Assembly: GCA_016699085.1 (NCBI GenBank)
Contig: CP064958.1
Span: forward strand, 604,619-668,618
DNA from: Candidatus Nomurabacteria bacterium
GTDB lineage: Bacteria > Patescibacteriota > Minisyncoccia > Phycocordibacterales > UBA9973
DNA: 64,000 nt
Reading direction: 5' to 3'
The notes beneath the pieces are model-generated. The model searched no databases and was not told where the DNA came from. It saw only the letters and a list, made by a program, of their open reading frames with translations. This document shows, piece after piece, positions 26,878 to 36,279 of this stretch (its first letter is position 1; the number at the start of each line of letters is the position of its first letter). The position numbers were made by a program, and so were the translations under genes.

Positions 26878-27555
26878 ATGCCGAAAAGGTTAGATTTAAG
26901 CAATAAGGCATTTTTTGAAATTAAAAATTGGCTAGTAGATACATTAAAATATCGACAAGTTGGTAGAACAGAATTTCAAAAGGACTTTGAAAGATTGGGA
27001 TTAGTTCCGCCAAGACCCAGAGAAGGTAGGGAAGTAGGTTTTGTATTAACAATGAATGGCTATACAGCAAAAGTCTGGCCAACGTATGATATTGTACATG
27101 GAAAATTTATAGAAAGTGATGCTGCCTGGTTCCTGATTTGCAAGGGAGACAACGCTCTTTATTTTTCTGGGCCAATTCATAGAACAGAGCATTTCGTTCA
27201 GACCCTAGTTTCACTTGCCTGGATTGGTAGAATACGATTGGAAAATTGGCCACTATGCCCAGAAGAAATGTGTAGAGCAACTATGCAAATTGGAACTGGA
27301 AAGAAAAATTTAAAACAAAAGTATCTCTATTGCCCGCACAAAGAATATCATTTAGATGGTGAGGTTAGAATGGAAAGTTGGGACTATGGTATGCCCTGGC
27401 AATTCTATCCAAAAGCACATAAGTTTGTTTTGGAAAGGAGAAAGAGGAGAGCTCGTTGGTATAAAAAACTCAAACAAGATGGCAAAGAACCAAACCAAGC
27501 AATGAAGAGGAGAAAAAAGTGGAAAATAACGAAACCACAAAATATTAGACATTAG
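26878..27555 (+). CDS. Hypothetical Cys/His-containing protein with a highly basic C-terminal tail (possible zinc-ribbon nucleic-acid binder).
   Basis: Strong SD AGGAGG 5-10 nt upstream of ATG 26878; C-P-E-E-M-C ... Y-C-P-H cluster; KRRKKWK tail. Confidence 0.55.
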   Translation: MPKRLDLSNKAFFEIKNWLVDTLKYRQVGRTEFQKDFERLGLVPPRPREGREVGFVLTMNGYTAKVWPTYDIVHGKFIESDAAWFLICKGDNALYFSGPIHRTEHFVQTLVSLAWIGRIRLENWPLCPEEMCRATMQIGTGKKNLKQKYLYCPHKEYHLDGEVRMESWDYGMPWQFYPKAHKFVLERRKRRARWYKKLKQDGKEPNQAMKRRKKWKITKPQNIRH

Positions 27556-27579
27556 ACCCGTATGAATATTACGGGTTTT

Positions 27580-28509
27580 TTATTTATTCTTATGCAACCA
27601 CATGTATATATCTTCAAGAGCTTTGACAGCATCTCCTACGGCGATGTTGTTCTGATGGTAAAGGCCATTGGTGACATCGCCGGCTGCCCAAACACCAGAA
27701 ACACTTGTGCGTTGGTTCATAGGATCAACAACAATTTTCTTCTCTTCGTTAAGTGTGACAAATGATGCAACAAAATCTGTATTTGGAATTTGGCCGATTT
27801 CTACGAAAATCCCGCCAGTTGGAAGTGTTGTCTCTTCGTTCGTATTTTTGTCTTTAAATGTAATTGATTCGATAAATTGTGAACCGCTAACTTTCAATAC
27901 ATCAACATTTTTGTAGGCTTTCATGTTTGGATTCGCAAGTACTTTGGCTACCGTCACTTCATCTGCTCGGTAAGTATCGCTACGGTGTAGGAGGGTAACA
28001 CTAGGGCAGTACGCAAGTAATTGTGCTGCAGTTTCAAAGCCAGCATTGCCGCCACCAATCACAACAACATTCTGTCCTGCAAAAAGCGGACCATCGCATG
28101 ATGCACAATACGTAATACCTTTATTCTCATATTCGCTCGCATTCTCTGCCTCAAGCTTCCTTCGTCCAGATCCTGTGACTATGAGGACTGATCTTGATTC
28201 ATACGTTTTGCCATCATCTGTGGTTACATTAAAACCTGAATCAGTCTTGGCAATAGTTGTCACTTTGACGCCTTCAACTAGATCGAGCATGTCAGCTTTA
28301 TACGCAAGGACGTGATTTTTGAGAGTTTTAGCTAGATCGTTACCACTTATTTTTTCTGTTCCAATCCAGTTCTCGATACCTTCTGAGACCGTTGATTGTC
28401 CACCGAATTCGTAGGTGAGCATAAGCGTCTTCAAACGCTTACGAGAAGCATATACAGCTGCTCCCGCGCCTGCTGGCCCGCCTCCTAGTATAAGTAAATC
28501 GTATTTCAT
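27580..28509 (-). CDS. trxB: Thioredoxin-disulfide reductase.
   Basis: FAD motif LILGGGPAGAGAAVYA, redox-active CASCDG, NAD(P) motif VVVIGGGNAG. Confidence 0.85.
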   Translation of the reverse strand: MKYDLLILGGGPAGAGAAVYASRKRLKTLMLTYEFGGQSTVSEGIENWIGTEKISGNDLAKTLKNHVLAYKADMLDLVEGVKVTTIAKTDSGFNVTTDDGKTYESRSVLIVTGSGRRKLEAENASEYENKGITYCASCDGPLFAGQNVVVIGGGNAGFETAAQLLAYCPSVTLLHRSDTYRADEVTVAKVLANPNMKAYKNVDVLKVSGSQFIESITFKDKNTNEETTLPTGGIFVEIGQIPNTDFVASFVTLNEEKKIVVDPMNQRTSVSGVWAAGDVTNGLYHQNNIAVGDAVKALEDIYMWLHKNK

Positions 28510-28550
28510 GACAGAAGTATACCATATGGGTCAATATGGGGAATATAATA

Positions 28551-28576
28551 AAATTCCGCTTTGAAGCGGAATTTTA
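28551..28576 (-). terminator. Intrinsic terminator downstream of ftsZ (10-bp stem AAAATTCCGC/GCGGAATTTT, T-rich tail on the minus strand).
   Basis: Perfect hairpin read directly, followed on the minus strand by an A/T-rich run. Confidence 0.55.
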
Positions 28577-28587
28577 TTTAGGCAATT

Positions 28588-29847
28588 TTACTTTTTTGAA
28601 CGCCTTAAGAAGGCTGGTACACCTCGCCAGTCATCGTTATCTTCATCAAATATATCGATATCTTCCTTTTTAACATCACCTTTCTTTACATAATCAGTTG
28701 GGAGTGCATTATGAATTTCTTTTTTATTTGAAGCCATATCACCAGTTGCATCAATTTCACCAACATCTACTTTTTCGATTTTTTCAATTCGGTCATTTTG
28801 GAACAATGATCGCTTTGGCATAGCAGATGCGTTAAATCCTGTTGCAATGACGGTCACTTTGATCTCGCCTTTTTTCAAACGGTCATCCTTGATGGTGCCA
28901 AAAATAACTTTTGCATCTTTATCGATAGATTCAGTAATTGTCTTGGCCGCTTCTTGGATTTCAAGTATGCCGAGATCTTCACCTCCTGAGATAGCAAAGA
29001 GTACGCCACGAGCACCATTGATAGAAATATCGAGTAGGGGAGAATTAATAGCCTGGAGCGCTGCAGTTTGTGCACGATTTTCGCCTGAGCCATAACCAAT
29101 ACCCATCAGTGCTGAACCTGCATCTGCCATGACAGCCTTGATATCAGCAAAGTCGATGTTGATAATACCAGGAGTCGTAATGAGATCTGAAATACCTTCG
29201 ACAGCTTGTCGGAGGATTTCATCACAAAGTGCAAATGCATCTTTGAAGCTAGTATTTTTATCAGCGATCATGAGCAGACGATCATTTGGAATAACTAAAA
29301 TTGCATCAACTTCTTTTTCAAGTTCTGCAATACCGTTCTCAGCGATCCGCATTCGTTGGTTGCCTTCGAATGAAAATGGTTTGGTTACAACTGCAACTGT
29401 GAGAATGCCTTGCTCTTTGGCTGCGCGTGCAACGATAGGTGCTGCACCTGTTGCAGTTCCGCCTCCTTGTCCGCAGGCGATAAATACCATATCTGAACCT
29501 TTGAGTGTATCTTGAATTTCTGCTTTGGTTTCTTCTGCAGCTTTTTTGCCAATCTCAGGATTCATACCGGCACCGAGACCTTTTGTTAGATTTTTACCAA
29601 CATGGATTTTCTTATCAGCAAGTGATTTGTGCAAGTCCTGCGTATCGGTATTCATGCAAATAAACTCCACACCCTTTATCTTGGATTGGATCATGTGGTT
29701 AATGGCATTGCCTCCAGAGCCGCCAACACCGATAACCTTGATTCGTGCAAATGTTTCTATATCTGGGTTGATTTTAGGCATATAAAATAAGCTTTTTTCA
29801 CCTACGAGCGCTGGTGAATTAATAATGCTCGTCTTATGGGGCATCAT
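28588..29847 (-). CDS. ftsZ: Cell-division GTPase FtsZ.
   Basis: GVGGSGGNAINHM and tubulin signature ACGQGGGTATGAAP. Confidence 0.95.
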   Translation of the reverse strand: MMPHKTSIINSPALVGEKSLFYMPKINPDIETFARIKVIGVGGSGGNAINHMIQSKIKGVEFICMNTDTQDLHKSLADKKIHVGKNLTKGLGAGMNPEIGKKAAEETKAEIQDTLKGSDMVFIACGQGGGTATGAAPIVARAAKEQGILTVAVVTKPFSFEGNQRMRIAENGIAELEKEVDAILVIPNDRLLMIADKNTSFKDAFALCDEILRQAVEGISDLITTPGIINIDFADIKAVMADAGSALMGIGYGSGENRAQTAALQAINSPLLDISINGARGVLFAISGGEDLGILEIQEAAKTITESIDKDAKVIFGTIKDDRLKKGEIKVTVIATGFNASAMPKRSLFQNDRIEKIEKVDVGEIDATGDMASNKKEIHNALPTDYVKKGDVKKEDIDIFDEDNDDWRGVPAFLRRSKK

Positions 29848-29873
29848 AGCAGAAAAGCCAAAAAAGATACAGC

Positions 29874-31037
29874 CTAGGGTAAGAGCTGGTTTCCTATGCG
29901 AAGGAAGAACTGTTTTATTGATTCCAGTAATCCTGAAGAAGAATCAGGACGACGTTTTGCGGTGTCATCGCGATCAAGGACACAAAGTCCATACGCAACT
30001 GCAAATGCAGTGTCGCGTAGTTTGCCTTTGGTGCGTTCGACGAGAATATCAATACCAAATTTTGCTGGTAGTCTTAGTGCTGCTCGTGCTGCCTCATCTA
30101 TCATGGGAAATTGGGAACTTCCGCCAATCAGTATTGCACCGGCAGGCAGGAGGCCGTTACGACGGATTTTTTTTAATTGCGCATCAATAAGATCAAACAT
30201 ATCTTCAAGTCTAGCATTGACTATTTCATCCAGTTTCTTTTTTGGTGTGTTGCTCATGATACTGCCGATTTTGATACCATCAGCTTCTTCAAGAGGAATT
30301 TTGAGACCAAGCGCAATATCATTTGTTATGTCATTGCCTCCAATAGGAAAAATTTGTAGCGAGACTAGTTTGTTATCCTCGTAGACAATTGTTGAAAGTG
30401 TTTCTGCTCCAAAATTTGCGAGCACGCAGCCAGCCATACGTTGCTTATCAGATAGTATGCCGGCAGCACTAGCAACTGGTGCAGGGACAACGTCGATTAC
30501 CTCGAGTCCAGCGTCAGAAACGGCTACAATAAGGGAGTCAATATGTTGGCCAAGTGCAGTAACAAATAATGATCTGACTTCGAGTTTTACTCCTTTCATG
30601 CCTTCAGGTTCTCCGAGAAGCTCTTTACCATCTAAGCGATAGGCAATCGGGTAGCTATCAATTATTTTCTTATTTGCAATAATAATTGATTCCTCAGATT
30701 GATCCAAAGCTTTCTTGACATCAAGGTGAGTAATCTCACTATCGGCTTTTGAAATAATTGCGCTACCGAGGCCTATGTCAGTACCTAATGTAATACCACC
30801 AATACCGATCATGACCTGCCGTACTCGTACGCCCGCGCTTTTCTCTGCTTCAGCCAATGCTTGTTTAATACTCTCACACGCAAGTTTAAGATTTGTGATG
30901 TAGCCATGATGTATACCTAAAGACGGTGCAGTGCCTACACCTAAAACTCTTGGATATTCTCCAGATTTTTTTTCACAGACGACTATGCGAGTAGTTTGTG
31001 AACCAACATCAATACCAGCTAGAATGGTGCGTATCAT
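29874..31037 (-). CDS. ftsA: Cell-division protein FtsA (actin-like ATPase).
   Basis: ILAGIDVGSQTTRIVV phosphate-1 motif, actin-fold layout, immediately upstream of ftsZ. Confidence 0.9.
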   Translation of the reverse strand: MIRTILAGIDVGSQTTRIVVCEKKSGEYPRVLGVGTAPSLGIHHGYITNLKLACESIKQALAEAEKSAGVRVRQVMIGIGGITLGTDIGLGSAIISKADSEITHLDVKKALDQSEESIIIANKKIIDSYPIAYRLDGKELLGEPEGMKGVKLEVRSLFVTALGQHIDSLIVAVSDAGLEVIDVVPAPVASAAGILSDKQRMAGCVLANFGAETLSTIVYEDNKLVSLQIFPIGGNDITNDIALGLKIPLEEADGIKIGSIMSNTPKKKLDEIVNARLEDMFDLIDAQLKKIRRNGLLPAGAILIGGSSQFPMIDEAARAALRLPAKFGIDILVERTKGKLRDTAFAVAYGLCVLDRDDTAKRRPDSSSGLLESIKQFFLRIGNQLLP

Positions 31038-31070
31038 TCGAATAAGAAAAAGAGTAGAACGCTTTCTTTT

Positions 31071-31466
31071 TTAAGCAATAATATGGAAATGTTTTTTCCA
31101 ACGTTCCTCTTCTGTATCCATCTTACTACTATGTTCCATTCCTTTCAAATGAAGCATACCGTGGATAAGTAAATACGCGAGATGCTTTGTGTAGTCTGCT
31201 CCAAGATTTTTTGCTTCTTTTTTAATTAAGCCAAGTTCAAGCATCAATTCACCACTTACAGGAGATAGAGAAAAACTTAGAATGGTTGTTGGTTTATCTT
31301 TTTTTCGAAAGCGAAAATTAAACTTTTTTGAAACAGCGGGAGTGGCGATGATGATTGATAGATCGTATGTTTCGCCTAGGATTGCATTTTTTATAGACAC
31401 CAAAGGCAAGCTTGGAAGCTTGCCTTTGGTCATTGATGAAATAGCTACAGTATCAGTCGTGTACAT
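31071..31466 (-). CDS. ybeY: rRNA maturation endoribonuclease YbeY.
   Basis: HGMLHLKGMEH (H-x3-H-x5-H zinc motif). Confidence 0.85.
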   Translation of the reverse strand: MYTTDTVAISSMTKGKLPSLPLVSIKNAILGETYDLSIIIATPAVSKKFNFRFRKKDKPTTILSFSLSPVSGELMLELGLIKKEAKNLGADYTKHLAYLLIHGMLHLKGMEHSSKMDTEEERWKKHFHIIA

Positions 31467-31705
31467 TATCGTCCTCGTTCTACATACTTACCTAATTTCT
31501 TGAGACGCTCAGTTTCTTTGCGTCGTTTCATTTTTTTGAGAGCACTTTTTTTCTGGGTCAGTTTTGAAGGGCTTCGTTCGCTGTAGCGATTGCCTTTTAC
31601 TTTAGGAAGAATACCGGATTCTTGGACTCGGCGCATAAAACGACGAATAACACTTGCGTTATTTTCGTTTGCGTTTTTCTTTATTTCAATGGTTGTAATT
31701 GACAT
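31466..31705 (-). CDS. rpsU: 30S ribosomal protein S21.
   Basis: IRRFMRRVQESGIL...KRRKETERLKK, an S21-like basic small protein. Confidence 0.8.
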   Translation of the reverse strand: MSITTIEIKKNANENNASVIRRFMRRVQESGILPKVKGNRYSERSPSKLTQKKSALKKMKRRKETERLKKLGKYVERGR

Positions 31706-31744
31706 AGGAAAACAATAGCATAGAAAAAGCAGCCCCGCAAGATC

Positions 31745-33670
31745 TCAAAGGAGGACATCCGAATCTACATGGATAGAGACTGATGGAGGTAGACATGCTA
31801 ATTTTTCATACAAGGTAAAATCAAACTCATTTTTTTCTGTTAAATAATTGATGTTCCAGCATTCTCGAGATAGTTTGACTAAACATGTTTCTACTGACAT
31901 CTTTTTGTTACTAGAATAGCCAGAAAAGAAGTAGTGTGTCTCATTTGCTAAAAAATTTGTAAGCATAGCATGGACAGCGTTGCGCTCTTCTCCATTACCG
32001 CCATATTGGATGCGAATGAGAGAAGCAAACGGTGGATACTTGTATTTTTCTCTATCTCGAATTTCACTTCGATAAAAATCAGCATACATGCCATGCATTA
32101 GTTCCTGGTAGATATTTTCCTGCTTGGTGCGAGTTTGTACGAATGTATGCTTTGTTGCCAATTGGCGGACTTTACTACTTAAGCGAAGTATTTTTTCATT
32201 CATATTAAAACTTGGAATCGAAAATAATGAATCAAAAGAAGTAATGAGTGTAATAGCAACTGGTGTACTCAAATAGAAGAGTGCCATTTCTGTTCCGACT
32301 AAGATACTGCCTGGTGTTTTATAATATTGCTCGACAAGCTCGTAAGCTTCTTTGTTTGAATGAACAGTATCTTTGCTCAATATAAAAACTGGTACTTTTG
32401 CAAAAGTTTCTTTTACTTCTTCAACAACACGCTCAATCCCTATACCAAGTGGTACTAATTGCCAATTGCCGCAGTACGTACATGTGCGTTCTGTTGTCTC
32501 TGTGCTCTGACAATGAGAACAATAGAAAATTTTTTGTTCTGAATGGGAATCTTTGCTTTGTTTTAAAATTAAGCTTTGGCCACACTTTGTGCATCCTACG
32601 CGTTGTCCACAGTCGCTACAGATTGTAATGGGGGCGTAATTTTTACGGAGCGTAAATATAAATGAATGCTCGCCGTGTTCGATAGCATTTGCCATCGCAG
32701 CACGTGCTTGCAGTGAAATATTTTTAAAACTGTCTTTATTTTTTTGATCTTTCATATGTATGACATCAAACATTGTCACACCCGGTAGTCGCATACTAAT
32801 GGGTGCATACTCTGTTGCCTCGTGAGTCTCTAATCGATGTAGTGTCTCTATTCGCAAGATAGTATCCGCAAAAATTATTTTTGCTTTCATGATTACCGCG
32901 TAGGTCTCTGCAATCACACGCATATCTAGGTATGGCCTTGCTAATCCCACATATGCCTCAGAACTCTCAGATTCAATAATAATTGTTTTGATATCTTTTC
33001 TTGGAATAGAGAGAAAACTTCCTGTGCCAATAATAACAACTGGATGTTTTTCATCCATAATCTTGTTGTAAAAAGCTAGCAATTGTTTGTCTGATACAGA
33101 ATTGTGCAACATGAACGTATAGGGTTCTATGCCTTTTTGAAGTTGCTCATGTAAAACGGTAATATCAAAAATAGTTGGCGCACAAATGTATACCGATTGC
33201 TTGCGGGCAAATGATTCGCGGATCAGAGTTTTGTAATGTCCTAATCGCTCCTCCAAACATGCTTGTAGCAAGAGTCGTTCAGTACGTAGTGGCAACTTTT
33301 TCTCTGTTTCGACAGCGCCTATTTGTAGTGTATTTGCGCGTTTTAAATATATGGAAGGGATAAGGCTTTTAAGAATGGCGCCAGTACTTGCGACATAGTA
33401 GTAATGCAAAACTCTGGCTAATTCTAAAAATTCTAAAGATATGAATGATGGACCAACAATGCTTTTTATTTTCTTTAGTGTATAGGAGCTATTTTTAAGA
33501 GCTTGCTTTTCATACACAGCGTCTTCGCATTCGATAACAAGCGCGACAATATGACGTTTTGCAATAGGCACTGACACTAAGGTTCCAATGGCAATAGGAA
33601 GTGAGGAGAAATAAGATAATGATTCCTTTTGAATACCCCGTGACAAGGGAATGACGCGGACTATTTTCAT
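31745..33670 (-). CDS. priA: PriA-like primosomal protein N'. The Cys4-Cys4 zinc-binding region is present; helicase Walker A/B motifs appear degenerate.
   Basis: CSDCGQRVGCTKCGQSLIL...CSHCQ...CTYCGNW cysteine cluster typical of PriA; no GSGKT; DEEH position reads ESES. Confidence 0.5.
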   Translation of the reverse strand: MKIVRVIPLSRGIQKESLSYFSSLPIAIGTLVSVPIAKRHIVALVIECEDAVYEKQALKNSSYTLKKIKSIVGPSFISLEFLELARVLHYYYVASTGAILKSLIPSIYLKRANTLQIGAVETEKKLPLRTERLLLQACLEERLGHYKTLIRESFARKQSVYICAPTIFDITVLHEQLQKGIEPYTFMLHNSVSDKQLLAFYNKIMDEKHPVVIIGTGSFLSIPRKDIKTIIIESESSEAYVGLARPYLDMRVIAETYAVIMKAKIIFADTILRIETLHRLETHEATEYAPISMRLPGVTMFDVIHMKDQKNKDSFKNISLQARAAMANAIEHGEHSFIFTLRKNYAPITICSDCGQRVGCTKCGQSLILKQSKDSHSEQKIFYCSHCQSTETTERTCTYCGNWQLVPLGIGIERVVEEVKETFAKVPVFILSKDTVHSNKEAYELVEQYYKTPGSILVGTEMALFYLSTPVAITLITSFDSLFSIPSFNMNEKILRLSSKVRQLATKHTFVQTRTKQENIYQELMHGMYADFYRSEIRDREKYKYPPFASLIRIQYGGNGEERNAVHAMLTNFLANETHYFFSGYSSNKKMSVETCLVKLSRECWNINYLTEKNEFDFTLYEKLACLPPSVSIHVDSDVLL

Positions 33671-33695
33671 ACACCTAGGGTAGCATATTTGCCAC

Positions 33696-35216
33696 CTAGA
33701 TGCTTTTTAGAATTTTTATGTCTGCGCCGATTGATCGCAACCTCTCGTCGATGCGCTCGTAGCCTCGTTTAATTGCGTAGACATTCCTCAGTATTGAAGT
33801 GCCTTTGGCACCAAGCATGGCAACAAGGATCATCATTGAAGGTCTAAGCGCTGGTGGACAAATAATTTGGGCAGGTACGAGTTTGGTGGGTCCTTGGACG
33901 AGAACTCGGTGGGGATCAGCAAGCGTGATTGATGCTCCAAGTCGATTGAGCTCAGTAAAATAAATAGCGCGATTTTCCCACATCCAGTCATGGATAAGTG
34001 TTGTTCCTTCAACTTGAGTTGCAATAGGTACAAAAAAAGGTAAGTTATCCGAATTAATGCCAGGATAGGGAAGTGGATGAATTTTGTCTTGGGGGGCAAC
34101 CATAGATGATGAGTAAACGGTTATATCAACAAGTTTTGTGCGATTGTTGAAGGATAGGTATTCTTTTCCATAGGAAGTTTTGAGACCCATCTTTTCTAAT
34201 TTCAAAAGCTCAAGTCGCAAGAAATCAATTGGGCAGCGAGTAATCGTAAGTTTTGATTTAGTAACAATCGCAGCAGCTATAAACATCATTGACTCAATTG
34301 GGTCTTCGCTGTTTGTGTATTCAATTGTTTCTTTGATTTCACTTTTGCCATGGATGACAAGCGTTGTGGTGCCAATGCCTTCGATACTCACTCCTAATTT
34401 TTCAAGAAAAAAGCAGACTTCTTGCACTTGGTAATTTGGTGGAGCAAAACGAAGTGTTGTTGTGCCTGGAATAAGTGCAGAAGCTATGAGTACATTTTCG
34501 GCAGCCGTATCACTTGCTTCATACAGGGTAATATCAGCTGAGTGCAGTTTGCTTGCTTTAATTTCATATACAGATTCTTTTGTCGTTATTGCCACTCCTA
34601 ATGATTCCAATGCGTACCGGTGCGCCGCTATTGTTCGTTCGCCCATTTTGCATCCGCCAGCATGAGGAATAACAAATCGCTTTTTGTTGTGTACAAGTGC
34701 TCCAATGAGCATAATAATTGATCGTATGCGAGCAGCTGAAACATTATTGAGTGATTCAGTTCTGAATACTTTCGGTGGGGTAATGCGAATGCTATGTTCT
34801 GCTATCCATTCAATTTTAACCCCGATACTCTCAAAGACTTCAATCATCCGGTATAGTTCTTCTATTTTAGGAATACCATGAAATACTGTTGGTGCTTTAT
34901 TTATCAGCGCAGCACAAAAAAGTCCCATAGTTCCATTTTTAGAAGTATTAGTTTCAATAGTCCCGTGTAATTTTTTGCCACCAGTAATTTCGAAGTCATC
35001 AGTGAGATCTGCGATACGTACAACATTTTGTTTCAATACACCACTAATTTTTGAGAGTTGCTTCGTGGTGAAATTCTGCTTGCCCTTTTCCATGCGAGCA
35101 ACAGCGCTTTGGGAGGTCTGCAGTGCACGAGCAAAGTGCTTCTGGGTCATATTGCTGGCTTCACGACGAGTTTTTATAAATGTTGCAATTTGTTTTTGAG
35201 CAGACTCTTTTTTCAT
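33696..35216 (-). CDS. murA: UDP-N-acetylglucosamine 1-carboxyvinyltransferase MurA with an in-frame N-terminal XRE-type HTH domain (~80 aa).
   Basis: N-terminus MTQKHFARALQTSQSAVARMEKGKQNFTTKQLSKISGVL (HTH_3-like), then a full MurA/EPSP-synthase fold including active-site Cys in HAGGCKMGERTIAAH; no stop or Met between the two parts. Confidence 0.85.
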   Translation of the reverse strand: MKKESAQKQIATFIKTRREASNMTQKHFARALQTSQSAVARMEKGKQNFTTKQLSKISGVLKQNVVRIADLTDDFEITGGKKLHGTIETNTSKNGTMGLFCAALINKAPTVFHGIPKIEELYRMIEVFESIGVKIEWIAEHSIRITPPKVFRTESLNNVSAARIRSIIMLIGALVHNKKRFVIPHAGGCKMGERTIAAHRYALESLGVAITTKESVYEIKASKLHSADITLYEASDTAAENVLIASALIPGTTTLRFAPPNYQVQEVCFFLEKLGVSIEGIGTTTLVIHGKSEIKETIEYTNSEDPIESMMFIAAAIVTKSKLTITRCPIDFLRLELLKLEKMGLKTSYGKEYLSFNNRTKLVDITVYSSSMVAPQDKIHPLPYPGINSDNLPFFVPIATQVEGTTLIHDWMWENRAIYFTELNRLGASITLADPHRVLVQGPTKLVPAQIICPPALRPSMMILVAMLGAKGTSILRNVYAIKRGYERIDERLRSIGADIKILKSI

Positions 35217-35224
35217 GTTTGTAC

Positions 35225-35242
35225 TATATCACATGTGATATA
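35225..35242. promoter_or_regulatory. Perfect 18-bp palindrome TATATCACA|TGTGATATA centred in the 34-bp divergent murA/murB intergenic region. It overlaps extended -10-like elements for both genes (TGaTATACT on +, TGaTATAGT on -).
   Basis: Read directly; the whole intergenic spacer is essentially this palindrome. Confidence 0.6.
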
Positions 35243-35250
35243 CTTTTTAT

Positions 35251-36273
35251 ATGAAAATTATTGACCATATTTCGCTTGAGAAGCTATCTACATTTAGTAT
35301 TGGTGGTACTGCGAGGCATGGCATTGTCATTTCAGACAAAAATGATATTCCTAAAGCGTTTGCATTTGCCGAGGAACAAAAGCTTAGAGTGCATGTTACA
35401 GGTGGTGGATCTAATACCATATTTGATGATAGTAAAGAGTTGCCACTTTGTATACTTAAGATAGAAATTGATGGCAAGGATGTACACAATCAAGGAGATA
35501 AAATTCATATTTCATTTGGTGCTGGGGTATCTTGGGATGAGGCAGTGCAATATACACTCGATCATAATGCAAGCGGCATCGAAGCATTATCAATGATACC
35601 AGGCACTGTTGGTGCTGCCCCGGTACAAAATATTGGTGCGTATGGTCAAGAAGTTTCGCAGACGATTTATGCTGTACATGCATATGACAGCATTGGGAAA
35701 AAATTTGTAACATTATCGAATCGCGATTGCGAGTTTTCTTATAGACAGAGTATTTTTAATACAGTGGCAAAAAATCGCTATGTTATTCATTCGGTTACGT
35801 TTGCTCTTTCAATGGAATTGCCAGCAGTACCTGTGTATGCGGGAGTATCAGAATTAGTCCAGGCAAAAACGGAAGGAAGTTTGTTGGAAAAAATTAGAGA
35901 ATCAGTCATGGAGCTCCGTAAAAATAAACTACCAGATCCTTCACATATTCCAAATTGCGGCTCATTTTTTAAGAATCCGATAGTCGCAAATAATCTTATC
36001 GAGACTCTGCAAGCTGCTTATAAAACTATGCCAGTCTATAAAGTAACTGATAAGCAAAGTAAATTATCAGCCGGGTGGCTGATCGAGCAGTTAGGTTATA
36101 AAGGTACAACCATTGGCCCAGTTGGCATATATGAAAAAAATGCTTTAGTACTTTACAACCGAGGTGGTGCAACACTTATTGATCTAGAACAAGCCATACG
36201 AGAAATTACTACCAAGGTGAGTAATCGTTTTGCTGTTACACTTATTTGTGAGCCTCTTATTCTTAAAATATAA
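35251..36273 (+). CDS. murB: UDP-N-acetylenolpyruvoylglucosamine reductase MurB.
   Basis: FAD-binding N-terminus (TFSIGGTARH...VTGGGSN) and MurB C-terminal domain. Confidence 0.9.
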   Translation: MKIIDHISLEKLSTFSIGGTARHGIVISDKNDIPKAFAFAEEQKLRVHVTGGGSNTIFDDSKELPLCILKIEIDGKDVHNQGDKIHISFGAGVSWDEAVQYTLDHNASGIEALSMIPGTVGAAPVQNIGAYGQEVSQTIYAVHAYDSIGKKFVTLSNRDCEFSYRQSIFNTVAKNRYVIHSVTFALSMELPAVPVYAGVSELVQAKTEGSLLEKIRESVMELRKNKLPDPSHIPNCGSFFKNPIVANNLIETLQAAYKTMPVYKVTDKQSKLSAGWLIEQLGYKGTTIGPVGIYEKNALVLYNRGGATLIDLEQAIREITTKVSNRFAVTLICEPLILKI

Positions 36274-36279
36274 ACCAAT

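Noticed and set aside
28847-30642. Plus-strand ORFs 28847..29095, 29129..29515, 29525..29785, 29896..30384, 30457..30642.
   Set aside because: They are antisense to ftsZ and ftsA, which have unambiguous motifs; the translations are low-complexity.
34180-35264. Plus-strand ORFs 34180..34434, 34462..34665, 34684..34881, 34975..35199, 35058..35264.
   Set aside because: They are antisense to the HTH-murA gene; none has a plausible start context.
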